64,000 nt of DNA from Camelus ferus (Eukaryota): NCBI RefSeq assembly GCF_009834535.1, contig NC_045696.1:55368001-55432000 (forward strand), in the 5' to 3' direction. Of the stretch, positions 13,201 to 26,099 are shown piece by piece. The notes below the pieces were generated by a model. That model had not been told where the DNA came from and did not search any database. It was given only the letters and a program-made list of their open reading frames with translations. Within the stretch, counting starts at the first letter, position 1. Each line of letters begins with the position of its first letter. The translations under genes were made by a program, and so were the position numbers.

Positions 13201-15593
13201 TCAGATAGGAGCTACTTAAATATTTGATGACTAATAAATTAAATGTTAATTAAATACTTCAGTGATTTTCTCCCCTGACCAGCATATAATTAACATTTAA
13301 TTTGTTATAAAATATTTAAAGTTATGAAATATCCTATGGAATCTAAAATGTCTCCATTGTCAGACCATCATGGGACAACATGTCAAGGGTACAAGAGGTT
13401 AGACTGGCATTTAAACCTCAGGAGACAGCACATAAAAAGTAACTTTTGTAACTTTCTCACATAGAGAAATTGAGAATGAGATAAGGAGAATCTCAATTTC
13501 CAATTAAGTTTAGCCAAGAAATTGATAACTGAGTGTTACCAGGGAGTAAAGGACGAATTCCAAATCTAAAACTATAATGTCATGAATATTGCAACCACCT
13601 TAATGGTAAGTGGAAAACATGATTAAAAGTTGGTTAGGAAGAAAGCACCATTTACTTCGGCCTCTTTGAACCTGAAATGTGGGAGAATGAGCTTGAGGAG
13701 GCAGACTGGACAGTTATCTAGTAAAACAAGGGGTACCATTAAAGATACCTGCTTCTCCCAACTTCCCCCACAAGGCTGTCTGAAAGTTCCAGATATAAAT
13801 ACATTTCCACATTGGTTAGAAGTTAACCGTGGGAAGTATGTGAGCCTAGGCTTATAGCAAGGGAAGCAGGGTCTGGAAGGGCAGAGAGAACTGTGGCAAG
13901 ACACCTAGCTAATAAGAAGAGGGGATTTGGGGAATGAGCATCTACCCTGCTTGTCTTTAAACTAGGACCATGCAGAACAGTCAATGGACCAAGAGAAACA
14001 ACTTCTCTTATGGATCAGTAGAGCTATGCAATGAACCAGGCTAAGGGAAGTCTCCTAAAAGAAGGATCCCCTGACACACACCTACGACATCAAAGGGAAC
14101 ACACAGGTTCCACTTCTAAAGATCATGACTTGGGATGCAGCCTCTCCCCTTCCATCCCTTCATTATACTTCTTGCATGTAAGGTCTGCAGCACAACCCCA
14201 GTTCAGTGATTCAGAGTGCAACATGTGTTCTATCAGAGGTGAGGTACTTACGTGCGGCATGCACACCACTGGATACTGCATTTAGCCTTCACAAAACTAA
14301 TTGCAAGACTCTTATCTCCTTGGCAAAAACCCAGTTCTTGCCAAGGAGATATGAGGAGAGATCTATTGGGACCTCTCTATGAAGAAGGAGAACCTGGAAG
14401 AGACAGTCCTTATAATCTTGTTTGTTGTGTCTGGATCCAACTATGGAAAGGAGGCAGCTATCTCACCACCATGGGAGGGCCCACCCCAAGGGAAAAGAAT
14501 CCCACTGAGCATGGAGGTCAGGATGAAAGAAGCTGGCAACTCAAAGCCATGAGTGAGTGACCGAATCAGTCTGCTCTGGGGATGCCCATGTCTGGACATC
14601 TCACACTGCATCCTTTTGTTGACAGTCCTTCTCCTGACACACAGCCTTCCTTTCATTGCTATCTTCCATTTTTTCAATGTTTCTGCCCTTTTCTGAATCC
14701 CTACCTGATTCACACATCCAGGGCTTCCACTTGGACAAACCCCATCCTGTCAACACTTAGCCCAGCTCTGCACAGCAAACATTAATAGTACCTACTGTGT
14801 GTCAGGCACTAGGCTTGGTGCTAGAAGTAGTACGTACCAGCTCCATGTTTCTAAAATCTAGACTGCAGTATGATTGGCATCATCCCTTCCAGTCAGCAGT
14901 ACTCCTAGGTCATCCTATAGCTTTGGATACACGAGGTATCCAACATTGCATGAACAATACTGTCTACATCAGGAACTGACTTTCTCTCTGTGGTCTCCAC
15001 TCCTACTCCATCCTCCACTCTAGCAAGTCATTTCACTCACTCCTACCTGCAGGTCCAGAGGCAGCCACTCCAAGGAACAGATCTGACCTCAGCAAGAAGC
15101 GTCGATAAACTTCAGGGCCTGAAGATGGTTTCAGTCAACAGCCTGATTTTGCAGCTGTTCTTATAAACCTCAGTTTTCCTGTTTGTTTTTCTCTCTTTCT
15201 TCAGCTTCTCTAAAACTACAAGTCCTAACCCTTTCCCTGGAAGGTAGGCCACCTACATTGCATTGCTTTCCAGGAAATTGTGGCCCCTATTTCTGGCGTG
15301 CCTGCCTCATTCCTTATCTGCTTGTTTGCCTGATTGACTCCTGGCACTACTCTCCACAGCCCCGCTTAATCAATCACCTGCCACACAAGAAGAGCTGCTG
15401 TCCACATCCCAGAGTGTCAGACTGAGCCAGAGCTCTGAGAAACATCAGGGAGAGAGGAACGTGTGTGCATAATATTGAACACACTGCCCAGCGGGAAAGT
15501 GACAAGTAATCTTCCATTGGGAAGGTGATGAAGCAATAACAGAGAATTAGAAAGAGACAAAGGCATACGCATCAAATAAGAATATATGCAGGA

Positions 15594-16203
15594 GTTCCTA
15601 TATCCAGAAAAAACCCTAATTCAAAAAGAAACCTGCACCCCAATGGTCACAGCAGCACTATTTACAATGGCCAAGACATGGAAACAACCTAAATGTCCAC
15701 TGACTGGATGACTGGATAAAGAAGTTGTGGTATATTTATACAACGGAATACTACTCAGCCATAAAAAATAATAAAATAATGCAGCAACATGAATGGCCCT
15801 GGAGAATGTCATTCTAAGCAAAGTACGCCAGAAAGAGAAAGGAAAATACCATATCACTCATATGTAGAATCTAAAAAAAAAAAAAAAAAGACAAATGAAC
15901 TTATGCATAAAACAGAAACAGACTCACAGACACAGAATACAGACTTGCAGTTGCCAGAGGGGAGGGGGATGGGAAGGGATAAACTGAGAGTTCGAGATTT
16001 GTAGATACTGACAGATACATATAAAATAGATTAAAAAGTTTATACTGTATAGCACAGGAAAATATATTCAATATCTTGTAGTAGCTCACGGTGAAAAAGA
16101 ATATGAAAATGAATATATGTATATTCATGTATGACTGACGAATTGTGCTATACACCAGAAATTGACACAACATTGTAAACTGACTGTAACTCAATTGAAA
16201 AAA
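15594..16203 (+). mobile_element. Young 5'-truncated L1 (ORF2 end, 3' UTR, A-tail) with 16 bp TSD
   Basis: TSD aagaatatatgcagga at 15578-15593 and 16204-16219; L1 3' end sequence. Confidence 0.92.
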
Positions 16204-16879
16204 AAGAATATATGCAGGAATTCTTTCATATACACAGAGCTATAAAAGATCTGATTGGAGAATAGTGAACAGAGCGAAACACTGAGAAAAAATGAGGTGT
16301 TCGGAAACACCATGAGATCTGTTCATACTAAGTCAGGATGGGGAGTGTCCTAGATTAGAACTGACTTCAGAGGAGGAACTCTTGCTTTTGTTGTATTTAA
16401 CCTACCAGCGGGTGACTCGACAGAGGAGCTGAGAACAGGGAACAGTGTTAACAGACATCCTATGAGCAGATAGCAGTGCTGGCGCCCTCATCTGTCAGCA
16501 ATTACACGAACCCCACAGGAGGTTATGCAGCGACATCAGGTTTGGTGACCGCTGAAATTTTGCTTACAATGTCAGAAGATGTTTGCTTGGTGGAAAAAAG
16601 CTTTCAGCCATGCCATTTAACTCTCTGATGAGCCCCCCCACAGTGATAAAGCTCTCCATATCCCCAGACTGGCAGGGAGCATCAGCGTCGCTTGTAATTA
16701 TTATCCTAAGAGAAAAGAGTCCATTAATGATCTGGGCTGAGACCAGGTCTGAATACTAATGAAAGGGTGGCCTTCTAGGATATTAATTAGGGGTGACACA
16801 TTAAGGGCAAGCCTGACTTTTCTTTCTAGGATTCCAGTGGAGACCATGCATTGGATGTGAGCAAAATGCTGATTAGAAT

Positions 16880-17025
16880 AAGAAAGGAAAAGAAGGAACA
16901 GTGGAAAGAAAGGAAGGGAGGGAGGAAGAGAGAGGAAGGGAGGGAGGAAGAGAGAGGAAGGAAGGGGGAGAGAGAGAGGGAGGCGGAGGGAAGAGGGAGA
17001 GAGGCAGGAAGTCAGGGAGGAAGAT
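16880..17025 (+). repeat. Polypurine (GA-rich) low-complexity tract
   Basis: Near-pure purine run with repeated ggaagggagggaggaagagaga units. Confidence 0.9.
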
Positions 17026-17317
17026 TGTGAAAAGCAAACCACGAACGTTTCAGCCCTAAAACCCCCAAAACCCAAAAACTCAAAAAGTAATCCAGGTAGC
17101 TGTAACTCAGGTGCCAGCTGCCCTCTCCTTGTCATTTGAGATTTAATAAAACTAATTCTATCTTTTTTTCCTGTGTTCAATGGACAGTCTAATACTCCCT
17201 GCTAAGATATCTGAGGATCTCTAGGGTTTATGTTCTCCAGATTTTTCTAAGTTTCTCAATCCTCTGAATACGACAGTTCACCTGCACTTTCCCTATGGCT
17301 CTCCTGCCTCTTCCCAT

Positions 17318-17480
17318 GCTACTAAAATGTGGTCTTAAGACTAGGGGTATTGGTAAACACCTGGACACTTGTTAGTAATCCAGAATCTTGGACCCTACCC
17401 CAGACCTGCTGGATCCAAATCTTCAAGCTGAACAAGATCCCCAGTGATCTGCATGTAACTAAAGTTCGAGAAGCTCTGCT
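17318..17480. mobile_element. MER5A-like hAT-Charlie DNA transposon
   Basis: cacctggacacttgttagtaatccagaatcttggaccctaccccagacctgctggatcc...aacaagatccccagtgat...aagttcgagaagctctg. Confidence 0.75.
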
Positions 17481-19224
17481 ATACGCCATGCAGACAATGT
17501 AGATGGAGAACTCAGTCACTCCTTGATTTCCACAAAAGCATGGAGAGAATAACAGCCTTTATTACAGATTTGAAGCAACAGAGGGGTTTGCACAAAAGCA
17601 ATGCCTATACCTTATACCTCAAATCTCACAGCTCAGTTACCCTCATTTCCCCTCTACTCCTCACTCAGAGTAATTTAGTTTCCTCTGCCTTAGCTCTGCG
17701 CTCACGTTAACACATGTTTAAAAAAAATTATGTCCTTTGATAAAACAATGGGTTATCTCAATCTCTGGTACCCCTCAAAACTTGCAGCATTATGCAGATT
17801 AGAATAAGAAATATCAAGAAGGAATAGGGGAGACTTGAAGTTTCATGTTTTCCTTTCTCCCCTTCTGGCCTCTGTGAGTAGATGGAAGCAATGCAGATGT
17901 ATATACATATTTTCCTCTGATATGAAATATGTCATTCCTATCCCACTTGAAAGGCAGATCCTGTTACAGCCACTTTGGATTTTGAAACATTTCTGTTCAT
18001 TCTACACAGCCCAATCTCAATTATTCATTGTAAAGCAAGATAAGAATAGCTTAGGTCATTCAAATCCACAGAGCGTAAACACCATATGTGAGCCACTACT
18101 TTCAAATGTTTTATCAGAATTACAGGCAGAGAATGAAAATTATTCTAAGTTCTAATTGGTTTCTCTTTATCTGATCCATCTCTTTTGTCAAGATCAGCTC
18201 CACTCTCAGACTCCAGACTCATGACTTTGGCCACATTGTCCTCACCTGGGTCACTGGCTTTATTTGTGAGCCTTGTGGCCATGTCTCTCTGGGATTGGCT
18301 ATAGTCCCTAGCAGGATCTTACTAAGAAATTCTTGGCTGAGGTAGGTGTTGCCTCAGTTTTAAAATCTTATTTGTGGGGATGAGGTAAGCAGGCACATGG
18401 GGAGTCACCAGACTTAGTGAGAGGAGGGAGAAGGGAAAGAGGTTGGCCAGCCTCCATGTGAGAGGGAAGCAAGAGAAAGTTACAGACACGGAAGACTGGG
18501 GGGTGGTAGGTGGCCTGCATGACTGATAACACATTAGATTTAGTTTGTTTTACTACATAGGTAGGCAGCAGCCTCTGGAGGTACGAACCAACTTCAATCA
18601 ATAGAAGGATTGATAAAAATAGCCTGAGTTCAGTTAAGAGGACAAATGTTCAGAACAAGAAACATTTTTTTCAGCACTAATGCCAGGCATTGTGTGAGAC
18701 CCAAGAAAGTACAAATAATTGCAAAATCATCCCTGCCTTCCAGGAGCACAGTCACAGAACAAAGTCAGTTTGAATATAATATGGTAAATCCTAAAATAGA
18801 CATAAGCACAATGTGTCTTGTATATGCAGATTTCTTCACCTGTCTTGGGTAATCAAGGAAGGCTTCAGGAGGAGGTATCACCTTGAAGAGATTTTCGTAT
18901 TCTACTGTGGTAGAGACTGATGTTCTATTTTCACCATACCTTTCACTGCAAATACGCTTACGTTAGGTTTTCTAACATAATTCTCAACCTAACTCTCCTG
19001 GAAGCCTTGTAACAGAACTGTTAAAACAGAGGAGCCTATAGAAATTAGCAGACTGCAATGCAGAAGCAGAGGTCTATGTTGCACTGTGTTGCACTGTGAA
19101 TTTCTGTCATAAAACAGTTTGGAAGATTAGAAGACAACAGTTCAAATTAGAATGATCTTATAATTTATTGCTCAAACTAAGACACTTCCAAGAGTAAAGG
19201 AAAGACACTACTAATAATTTCTAG

Positions 19225-19950
19225 CAATTTGCTGCAGCCATTGTGGAAAACAGTATGGAGATTCCTCAAAACACTAGGAATAGACTTACCATATGACCCA
19301 GTAATTCTGCTCCTGCGCATATATCCAGGAACCGTACTTCAAAAAGACACCTGCACCCCAATGTTCATAGCAGCACTATTTACAATAGCCAAGACATGGA
19401 AACAGCCTAAATGTCCATCAACAGATGACTGGATAAAGAAGATGTAGTATATTAATACAATGGAATACTATTCAGCCATAAAAACTGACAACATAATGCC
19501 ATTTGCAGCAACATGGATGTCCCTGGAGAATGTCATTCTAAGTGAAGTAAGCCAGAAAGAGAATGAAAAATACCATATGAGATCGCTTATATGTGGAATC
19601 TAAAAAATAATAATAATAACATAAATACAAAACAGAAACAGACTCATAGACATAGAATACAAACTTGTGGTTGCCAAGGGGGAGAGAGGTAGGGAGGACA
19701 GACAGGGAGTTCAAAATTTGTAGATACTGACAGGCATATGCAGAATAGATAAACAAGACTATACTGCATAGCACAGGGAAATATATACAAGATATTGTGG
19801 TAGCTCACAGCAAAAAAGAATGTGACAATGAATATATGTATGTTCATGTATGACTGAAAAATTGTGCTATATGCTGGAATTTGACACAACATTGTAAAAT
19901 GACTATAACTCAATAAAAAATGTAAAAAAATAAAAATAAAGGTAAAAAAA
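19225..19950 (+). mobile_element. Young 5'-truncated L1 with A-tail
   Basis: ORF2 C-terminal remnant (LQPLWKTVWRFLK...DTCTPMFIAALFTIAKTWKQPKCPSTDDWIKKM), 3' UTR and A-tail. Flanked by taataatttcta. Confidence 0.92.
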
Positions 19951-19962
19951 TAATAATTTCTA

Positions 19963-21294
19963 AGGCACATAAGACCTGAAACCATAAAACTCCCAGAAGA
20001 CATAGGCAGTAAGCAACTTGACATCAGTCTCAGCAATGGTTTTTTTTTTTTTTTTTTTTTCGGATTTGACAACAAAAGCAAAGGCAACGAAAACGAACAT
20101 AAACAAGTGGGACTACATCAAACTAAAAAGCTTCTGCACAGCAAAGGAAACCATCAACAAAATGAAAATACAAACCATGCAATGGGAGAACATATTTGCA
20201 AAACATGTATCTGATAAGGAGTTAATATCCAAAATATATAAAGAACTCAAAAACTCAGTAGCAAAAAAACCAAACAATTAATTTAAAAAAAAAAAGGAGG
20301 GAGGATCTGAAAAGACATTTTCCCAAGGAAGACATACAGATCATCAACAGGTACATGAAAAGGTGCTCAGCATCACTAATCATTCGGTAAATGCAAATCA
20401 AAACCACAATGAGATGTCACCTCACATCTGTTAGAATGGCTATTATTAAAAAGACATGAAGTAACAAGTCTTGGTGAGGATGTGGAGAAAAGAGAATCCT
20501 TGTGCACTGCTGGTGGAAAAGTAATTTGGTGCAGCCACTATGGAAAAGCGTATGGAGGTTCCTCAAAAAAATTTTTTAAATCTACCATATGATTTAGAAA
20601 TTCCACTCCTGGGTATTTATCTGAAGGAAACGAAAACACCAAATCAAAAAGAAATCTACACCCCCATGTTCACTGCAGCATTATTTACAAGCCAAAACAT
20701 GGAAACAACCTAAGTCTTCACTGTTGGACAAATGAATAAAGAAAATGTGGTGCGTTATTCACAGTGGAATATCATTCAGCCATAAAAAAGACAGAAATCC
20801 TGCCATTTGAGATAAAATGGATGGACCTTGAGGGCATTATGCCAAGTGAAATAAATCAGACAGAGAAAGACAAACACTGTATAATCTCACATACATGTGA
20901 ATTCTAAAATAAATAAACAGAGACAAAACTGAACTCATAGATACAGAAAACAGACTGGCAGTTGCCAGAGGTGGGGGTTAGGGATGGGCAAAATGGTGGA
21001 AAGTGGTCTAAAGGTACAAACTTCAGTTATAAAATAAGTAAGTCCTGGGGATGTAACATATAGCATGGTGATTATAGCTAAAAATACTGTTTTGTATATT
21101 TGAAAGTCACTAAGACAGTGGATCTTAAAAGTTCTCATCACAAAAAAAAAAAAAAAATTGGTAACTACGTGTGGTGATAGATGTCAACTAGATTTATCAT
21201 GGTGAGCATTTCACAATATACACATAGATCAAATCACTATGTTGTACACCTGAAACTAAAATAATGTTACACATCAATTATATCTCTATAAAAA
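19963..21294 (+). mobile_element. Older 5'-truncated L1 (L1MA-like) ORF2 3' part and 3' UTR
   Basis: ORF2 remnant [31 protein letters not shown] and L1MA-type 3' UTR. Flanked by taataatttcta. Confidence 0.9.
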
Positions 21295-21377
21295 TAATAA
21301 TTTCTAGGACTACAAGTATAAACAGATTAAACTGATAATAGGGCTACCTTAGTACAAGGTCACATTTCTAGTCATCC

Positions 21378-21700
21378 TGTACCTTAATCTATTCTATGAC
21401 AAAAATACCACAGACTGGGTGGCTTATTAACTACAGAAAATTTTTTTCTCACAGTCTAGATTTCAGGAAGTCCAAGATCTGGTGTCTGGTGAAGGCCCAC
21501 TTCCTGGTTCAAAGACAGCTATTTTCTCACGGTAACCTACATGGCACAAGGGGCAAAGGAGCTCTGTGGGGTCTATTTTATAAGGGCCCTAATGCCATTC
21601 CCAATTGCCTCCCAAAGACCCCACCTCCAAACACCATCACCTTGGGGGTTAGGTTTCAAGATATGAATTTTAGAGGGACACAAACATTCAGTCTATAGCA
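21378..21700 (-). mobile_element. MaLR solo LTR (MLT1A-like)
   Basis: aaataccacagactgggtggctta...ccaaacaccatcaccttgggggttaggtttcaa...gggacacaaacattcagtctatagca. Confidence 0.85.
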
Positions 21701-22132
21701 ACTGATAAATCATAAATGCCCCTAACCACATACCTTGTCATCACCATCAGTCTTCTTACATCATGTTGAGGATGAACTGCTTGTGAAGGATTTCCAATAA
21801 CACCCTTCTGAAACTTGAGATCAATTTTTGCTCTTGAGCATGGACAACTTTTTAATGGTGGGAGTAGGATCCCATCTGAATGAATCATTACTTAATAGGA
21901 TGCGATGGGAGGAGAGGGGACAGGAGACCACTCAATCCAGCTACAGGGGACAGGCACTGGGGAAACTGACTCAGCTGCAAATACCAACAGGGGTTTCTGA
22001 TTTATATCCTTCTCTAATCTGAGGTCATGTAAATACTCACCTGTGGCTGGGAAGAGAGGAAGAGAAGGAAGAGCAAAGGAAAAACTGGAGGCTATTTCAG
22101 TTGGTAGCAGAGACCACTGAAAGAATGGGTGA

Positions 22133-22575
22133 CCTTTTCAATGTCCACAAATGATAAATGCTGGAGAGGGTGTGGAGAAAAGGGAATACTCCTATACTGT
22201 TGGTGGGAATGTAGTTTGGTGCAGCTGTTATGGAAATCAGTATGAAGATTCCTCAAAAAAACTAAAAACAGACTTACCATATGATCCAGCAATCCCACTC
22301 TTGGGTATATATCCAGAAGGACCCTTAATTCAAAAAGATACATGCACCTCAATGTTTACAGCAGTACTATGTACAATAGCCAAGACATGGAAACAATCTA
22401 AATGTCCATCAACAGATGACTAAATAAAGAAACTATGGTATGTATGTACAATGGAATACTACTCAGCCATAAAAAAAAAGAGTAAAATAATGCCATTTGC
22501 AGCAACATGGATGGACCCGGTGAATGTCATTCCTAAGTGAAGTAAGCCAGAAAGAGAAAGAAAAATACCATATGA
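22133..22575 (+). mobile_element. Young L1 fragment truncated at both ends, with TSD
   Basis: ORF2 end remnant ([10 protein letters not shown]...[14 protein letters not shown]...KTWKQSKCPSTDD). Flanked by tgaaagaatg(g/a)gtga at 22118-22132 and 22573-22587. Confidence 0.88.
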
Positions 22576-25500
22576 AAGAATGAGTGAAACTCAGCAAATC
22601 AGGGCAGGAATGTAACATCTAGATCGTCCACTGAGAGGTGGTAAAGCCCAGATGCAGCCTTGAGTTCATTCCCGTTTTGCCTGGAGAGACCTAAACCACA
22701 AATCCACTTAGTGGTACTGGGGCCCTGGAGGGATAGAATGGTATTAAACTCAACGTTAATCTGATACACATTCTAAAGTGTGTATTTATAACGAGTCCTT
22801 TAAAATAACTGTGACAGCCCCTAACATTTACTGAATAATGTTTCAGTCACTGTTCTAAATGCTTCACATTTATCAATTCACTGTATTTTCACAATAACCT
22901 TAAATATCAAATACAACTATAATCGTCATTTTGCACTTGAGAAACTGAGATATGAGCTGTGAAGTCTTGGAGGAAGCAATGCATCCACCATTTTTGCAGC
23001 TCTGTCTCTTTAAAGGCAGATTTGAGTAACTCTTTAAAGGCAATGCCACCTACTTAAGAAGCATACGAGGAAGAACTCGGGATTACCCAAAAGAGTGTCT
23101 CAAGGGTTCATAAAATAAAATGCTTCGGGAAGTGGTGAGAATTTTAAAGGTCTGTGCATTTACATGATGCTGAGCTTGGTATTCAAAGGGCACACCTTAA
23201 GACAACAGTATAATGTAGTTCACCTAGAAATAATGGACGGTGGAGGAAGCAAACTGGCTCCTATTTCTCAAAGAGGCATGGTAAGAGAGAGAAGTCAGGC
23301 AAAACTTTCCAACAGAAAGTCAGCTCTGCGAGAAAACCTCAGAGCTTCAGAGAGAACCATATTGCTGAGACCCAAGGGCAAATTCAGAGAGGGTCACTAG
23401 ACCCTGAGACTCTAGCCCTGAGACCACCCAGTAACTCAGACTGTCATTTGATAACCTGTTTCTGAGGAATATCAGATTATTCTTAAAGCACATTCCAATA
23501 AACCAGTGCTCTTGTTTGCCTCGGGAATGAATGTTTTTAATTTTGAATGCTGCCCTAAATTGTTTATCATGAAAATGTTTAATAATGCAATGTGGTTGCA
23601 ATATGGGAAGGCCCCCTAGGGACAGGCAGAGGCTGAATAATTGACTGGGAAGAGCCTCTCCACTACAGACCAGGAGGACCACGCTGGCCAGTAAAGGAAA
23701 CACTGTAGTATAAGAGTGGAAGGGAACAGCCGGAAGATGATAGGAAGAATCAAAGAGAATGTCACACAGAGGAAAGGAACTGCAGTTCCTTTATAAGTCC
23801 CTTCTAGGTCACATGATGTACGTAGTAGGTTTCCATATTACCCGGGGGTTCAAACAGCAACTTAAGTTATGCTTCCGGTAATAGAGCTGGGGGAAAAGAG
23901 GGAGTTCCAGAAGGACTTGGGCGACACCTCTCCCTCACTGACACCTCGGAAATATGCTCTGAGACTTCAGCCTCATGGATGAGGTAAGGAACATCACCGT
24001 CAGCAAAACAGGACATTCTGGCTTCTGTATGAAATTAATGTTTATTGTGTGTTGTTTCCAAATCAAACTCCTAATTAACTAATTCTTTGACTTAAAAAGT
24101 CTCCTTAATTCAAAGAGTGCTGAAAGAGAGGAAATAAGGCAACACTGTCCCTGGTCAATGAAGTAAGTTGCCTGAGAATTTTTTGTAAAAGGGCTCTGAA
24201 TCAAATCACAATACATTTATATTAAATGATGTATCAGATAATTCTCCAGAAAATGTCCTACATGAGGCCTAGATATCCTGGCACTGCCATGTAAGGATTT
24301 TTCCTCCTCAAGGGACTAAACAGAACTAATAGACTATAATCGTTATTTGTCAGAAAGGTGTGGCAGGGTCTCTCTGTGCCCTTTCCAAAGAGAGACTGCA
24401 TGCCTGCAATGAGGGAGAGATGCATGAACACCTGCAGATTCTTGCTAAGAGCATCTCATAAAAATCTCCCTATTCTCTTCTTTGATATGTGGGTTTCTAT
24501 AAATAAAATGGGAGAAGCTAAGGCACTTGTAAGCCAAAGGAGACAAAATAAAATTATCCCTGGATGCCGTATGAGCACAGTTTCAGCCCAGGATAAAGTA
24601 ATAAAAGGAATCAGCATTCCTACGCCCCTTTGCTAGAACAGTTGCACATTTTCACCAGACTGCTTGGCAGAAGAGAAGGAAAGGCTGGGAATGGAAATAC
24701 AATCTTTGTTAAAAAGCCTTTGGAAAGAGCATCTCAGCATGACAGTGAGAAACCATGTTAGTTCTCTATGGGAATTAAACAGCTGCATCATATGAATCTA
24801 TAATTCCAAGGCAGTGTCAGCCTCATTGCCACAAACGGTAGAAACTTTAGAAGCAAAGTCACTATTAATCCCTACAAGGTTTGCAGCAAAGGCTGTGCTG
24901 TCAGCAGCAACAACCCCAGGGGTTGCTGGCTTGAATTTGCAGGCCATGCTCCCATGAACTGGGTTGTCTTTGTATTAGACAATGACTCTAGAGTGATGAA
25001 TGCTTCGTTCTCTCATCCTGTTCTCTGAAGAATTGAATCCTGCCTCAGCTGATGGGACATCCAAACATAAAGACTAGGCAAGGACACAGCTGTGGCATGA
25101 GATTTAAAGTTCCTAGGGATACAGAGAGAGTTCAGGCTAGGACAGAGTCCCTCAAGAGTTGAGGGTGAACACACTGACAAGCTCAGAGGCAAATGTGACA
25201 AACTGACAAAACTCCAAAGGCAAAATGTGGTGGCCAAATGGTTTAGAGAAGTGCTACAGAGCTAAGGACATATTTCTATTCAACTCCATAGATGATTTCA
25301 GTATCCTGAAGGATAATGGAAGCAGGATAGGTTTTTTTGTTTATTTGATCTACAGTTTCCTCCTGAACATCACATCAAGTGACAAGAAGGGGAAAAAAAG
25401 CCATGTAGATCATGCCTCTGCTTCTGAGCACAACAGTAACCGATACCAAATTAACATTCTCACAGTAATCAATCATAAAATTGGATAAATCTACGAAGTA

Positions 25501-25799
25501 AATGTTTTCAGATGTTGGACGACAAGCATCATATAAAAGAAGGGAAGCAAATGAGGTAAACTCTATGCTCTCCCTGGCTTTCTGTATGAAAGTAATTTCT
25601 GGACCATAGTTCAGGGAGGTAAGTTCATGCAAAGCATACTGGGTTTATTACCCAGAGAGACAGAGCCTGGAGATCAGAACCTCAAGGAGATGGAATCTGT
25701 GGAGACTTAAACTGGAAGGAAGGAAGCTGCACAGAGGGGAAGAACAAGAACTCTGCAAATGGATCTTAGCACTCTGAACAAAGATTAAGAGGCACAGGA

Positions 25800-25960
25800 T
25801 GCTGCAGAGCACAGAGAATTATATTCATATCTTGCAATAACCTTTAATGAAAAAGAATATGAAAATGAATATATGTTATACATATGCATGACTGGGTCAT
25901 TATGCTGTACAATAAAAACTGACACACTGTAACTGACTATACTTCCTTTAAAAACAAAAA
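25800..25960 (+). mobile_element. Short L1 3' UTR fragment
   Basis: gcacagagaattatattcatatcttgcaataacc...aaaaagaatatgaaaatgaatatatg...ctgactatacttc; same text as the other young L1 3' ends in the window. Confidence 0.8.
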
Positions 25961-26099
25961 GATGGACAGTATGAGAGTAGATAAGGCAGAACAGATAACA
26001 GCTACTGCAGATGAGATATGTGTATCGAGTGGAGATTGCAGAGGTCATAGAGTGCACACAGCGACAGAGGTGTTCCAACCACTCAATGCAAAGAAACCT

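Larger units (their letters stand above)
19148..21352. mobile_element. Short hAT element (MER94-like) split in two (about 19148-19224 and 21307-21352) by two L1 insertions
   Basis: Rejoined flanks read tagaatgatcttataatttattgctcaaactaagacacttccaagagtaaaggaaagacactactaataatttctag|gactacaagtataaacag...ggctacctta, resembling the remembered MER94 consensus. Confidence 0.55.

Noticed and set aside
16476..16496. Third CTCF site (tggcgccctcatctgtc)
   Set aside because: Mismatches at several core positions; too weak to call.
16701..17180. 159 aa ORF
   Set aside because: It is open only because it spans a pyrimidine low-complexity tract (L/P/S/F-rich).
19077..19098. Short tandem duplications (tgttgcactg x2; similar ones near 6543 and 62609)
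   Set aside because: Ordinary slippage duplications with no array or spacer structure.
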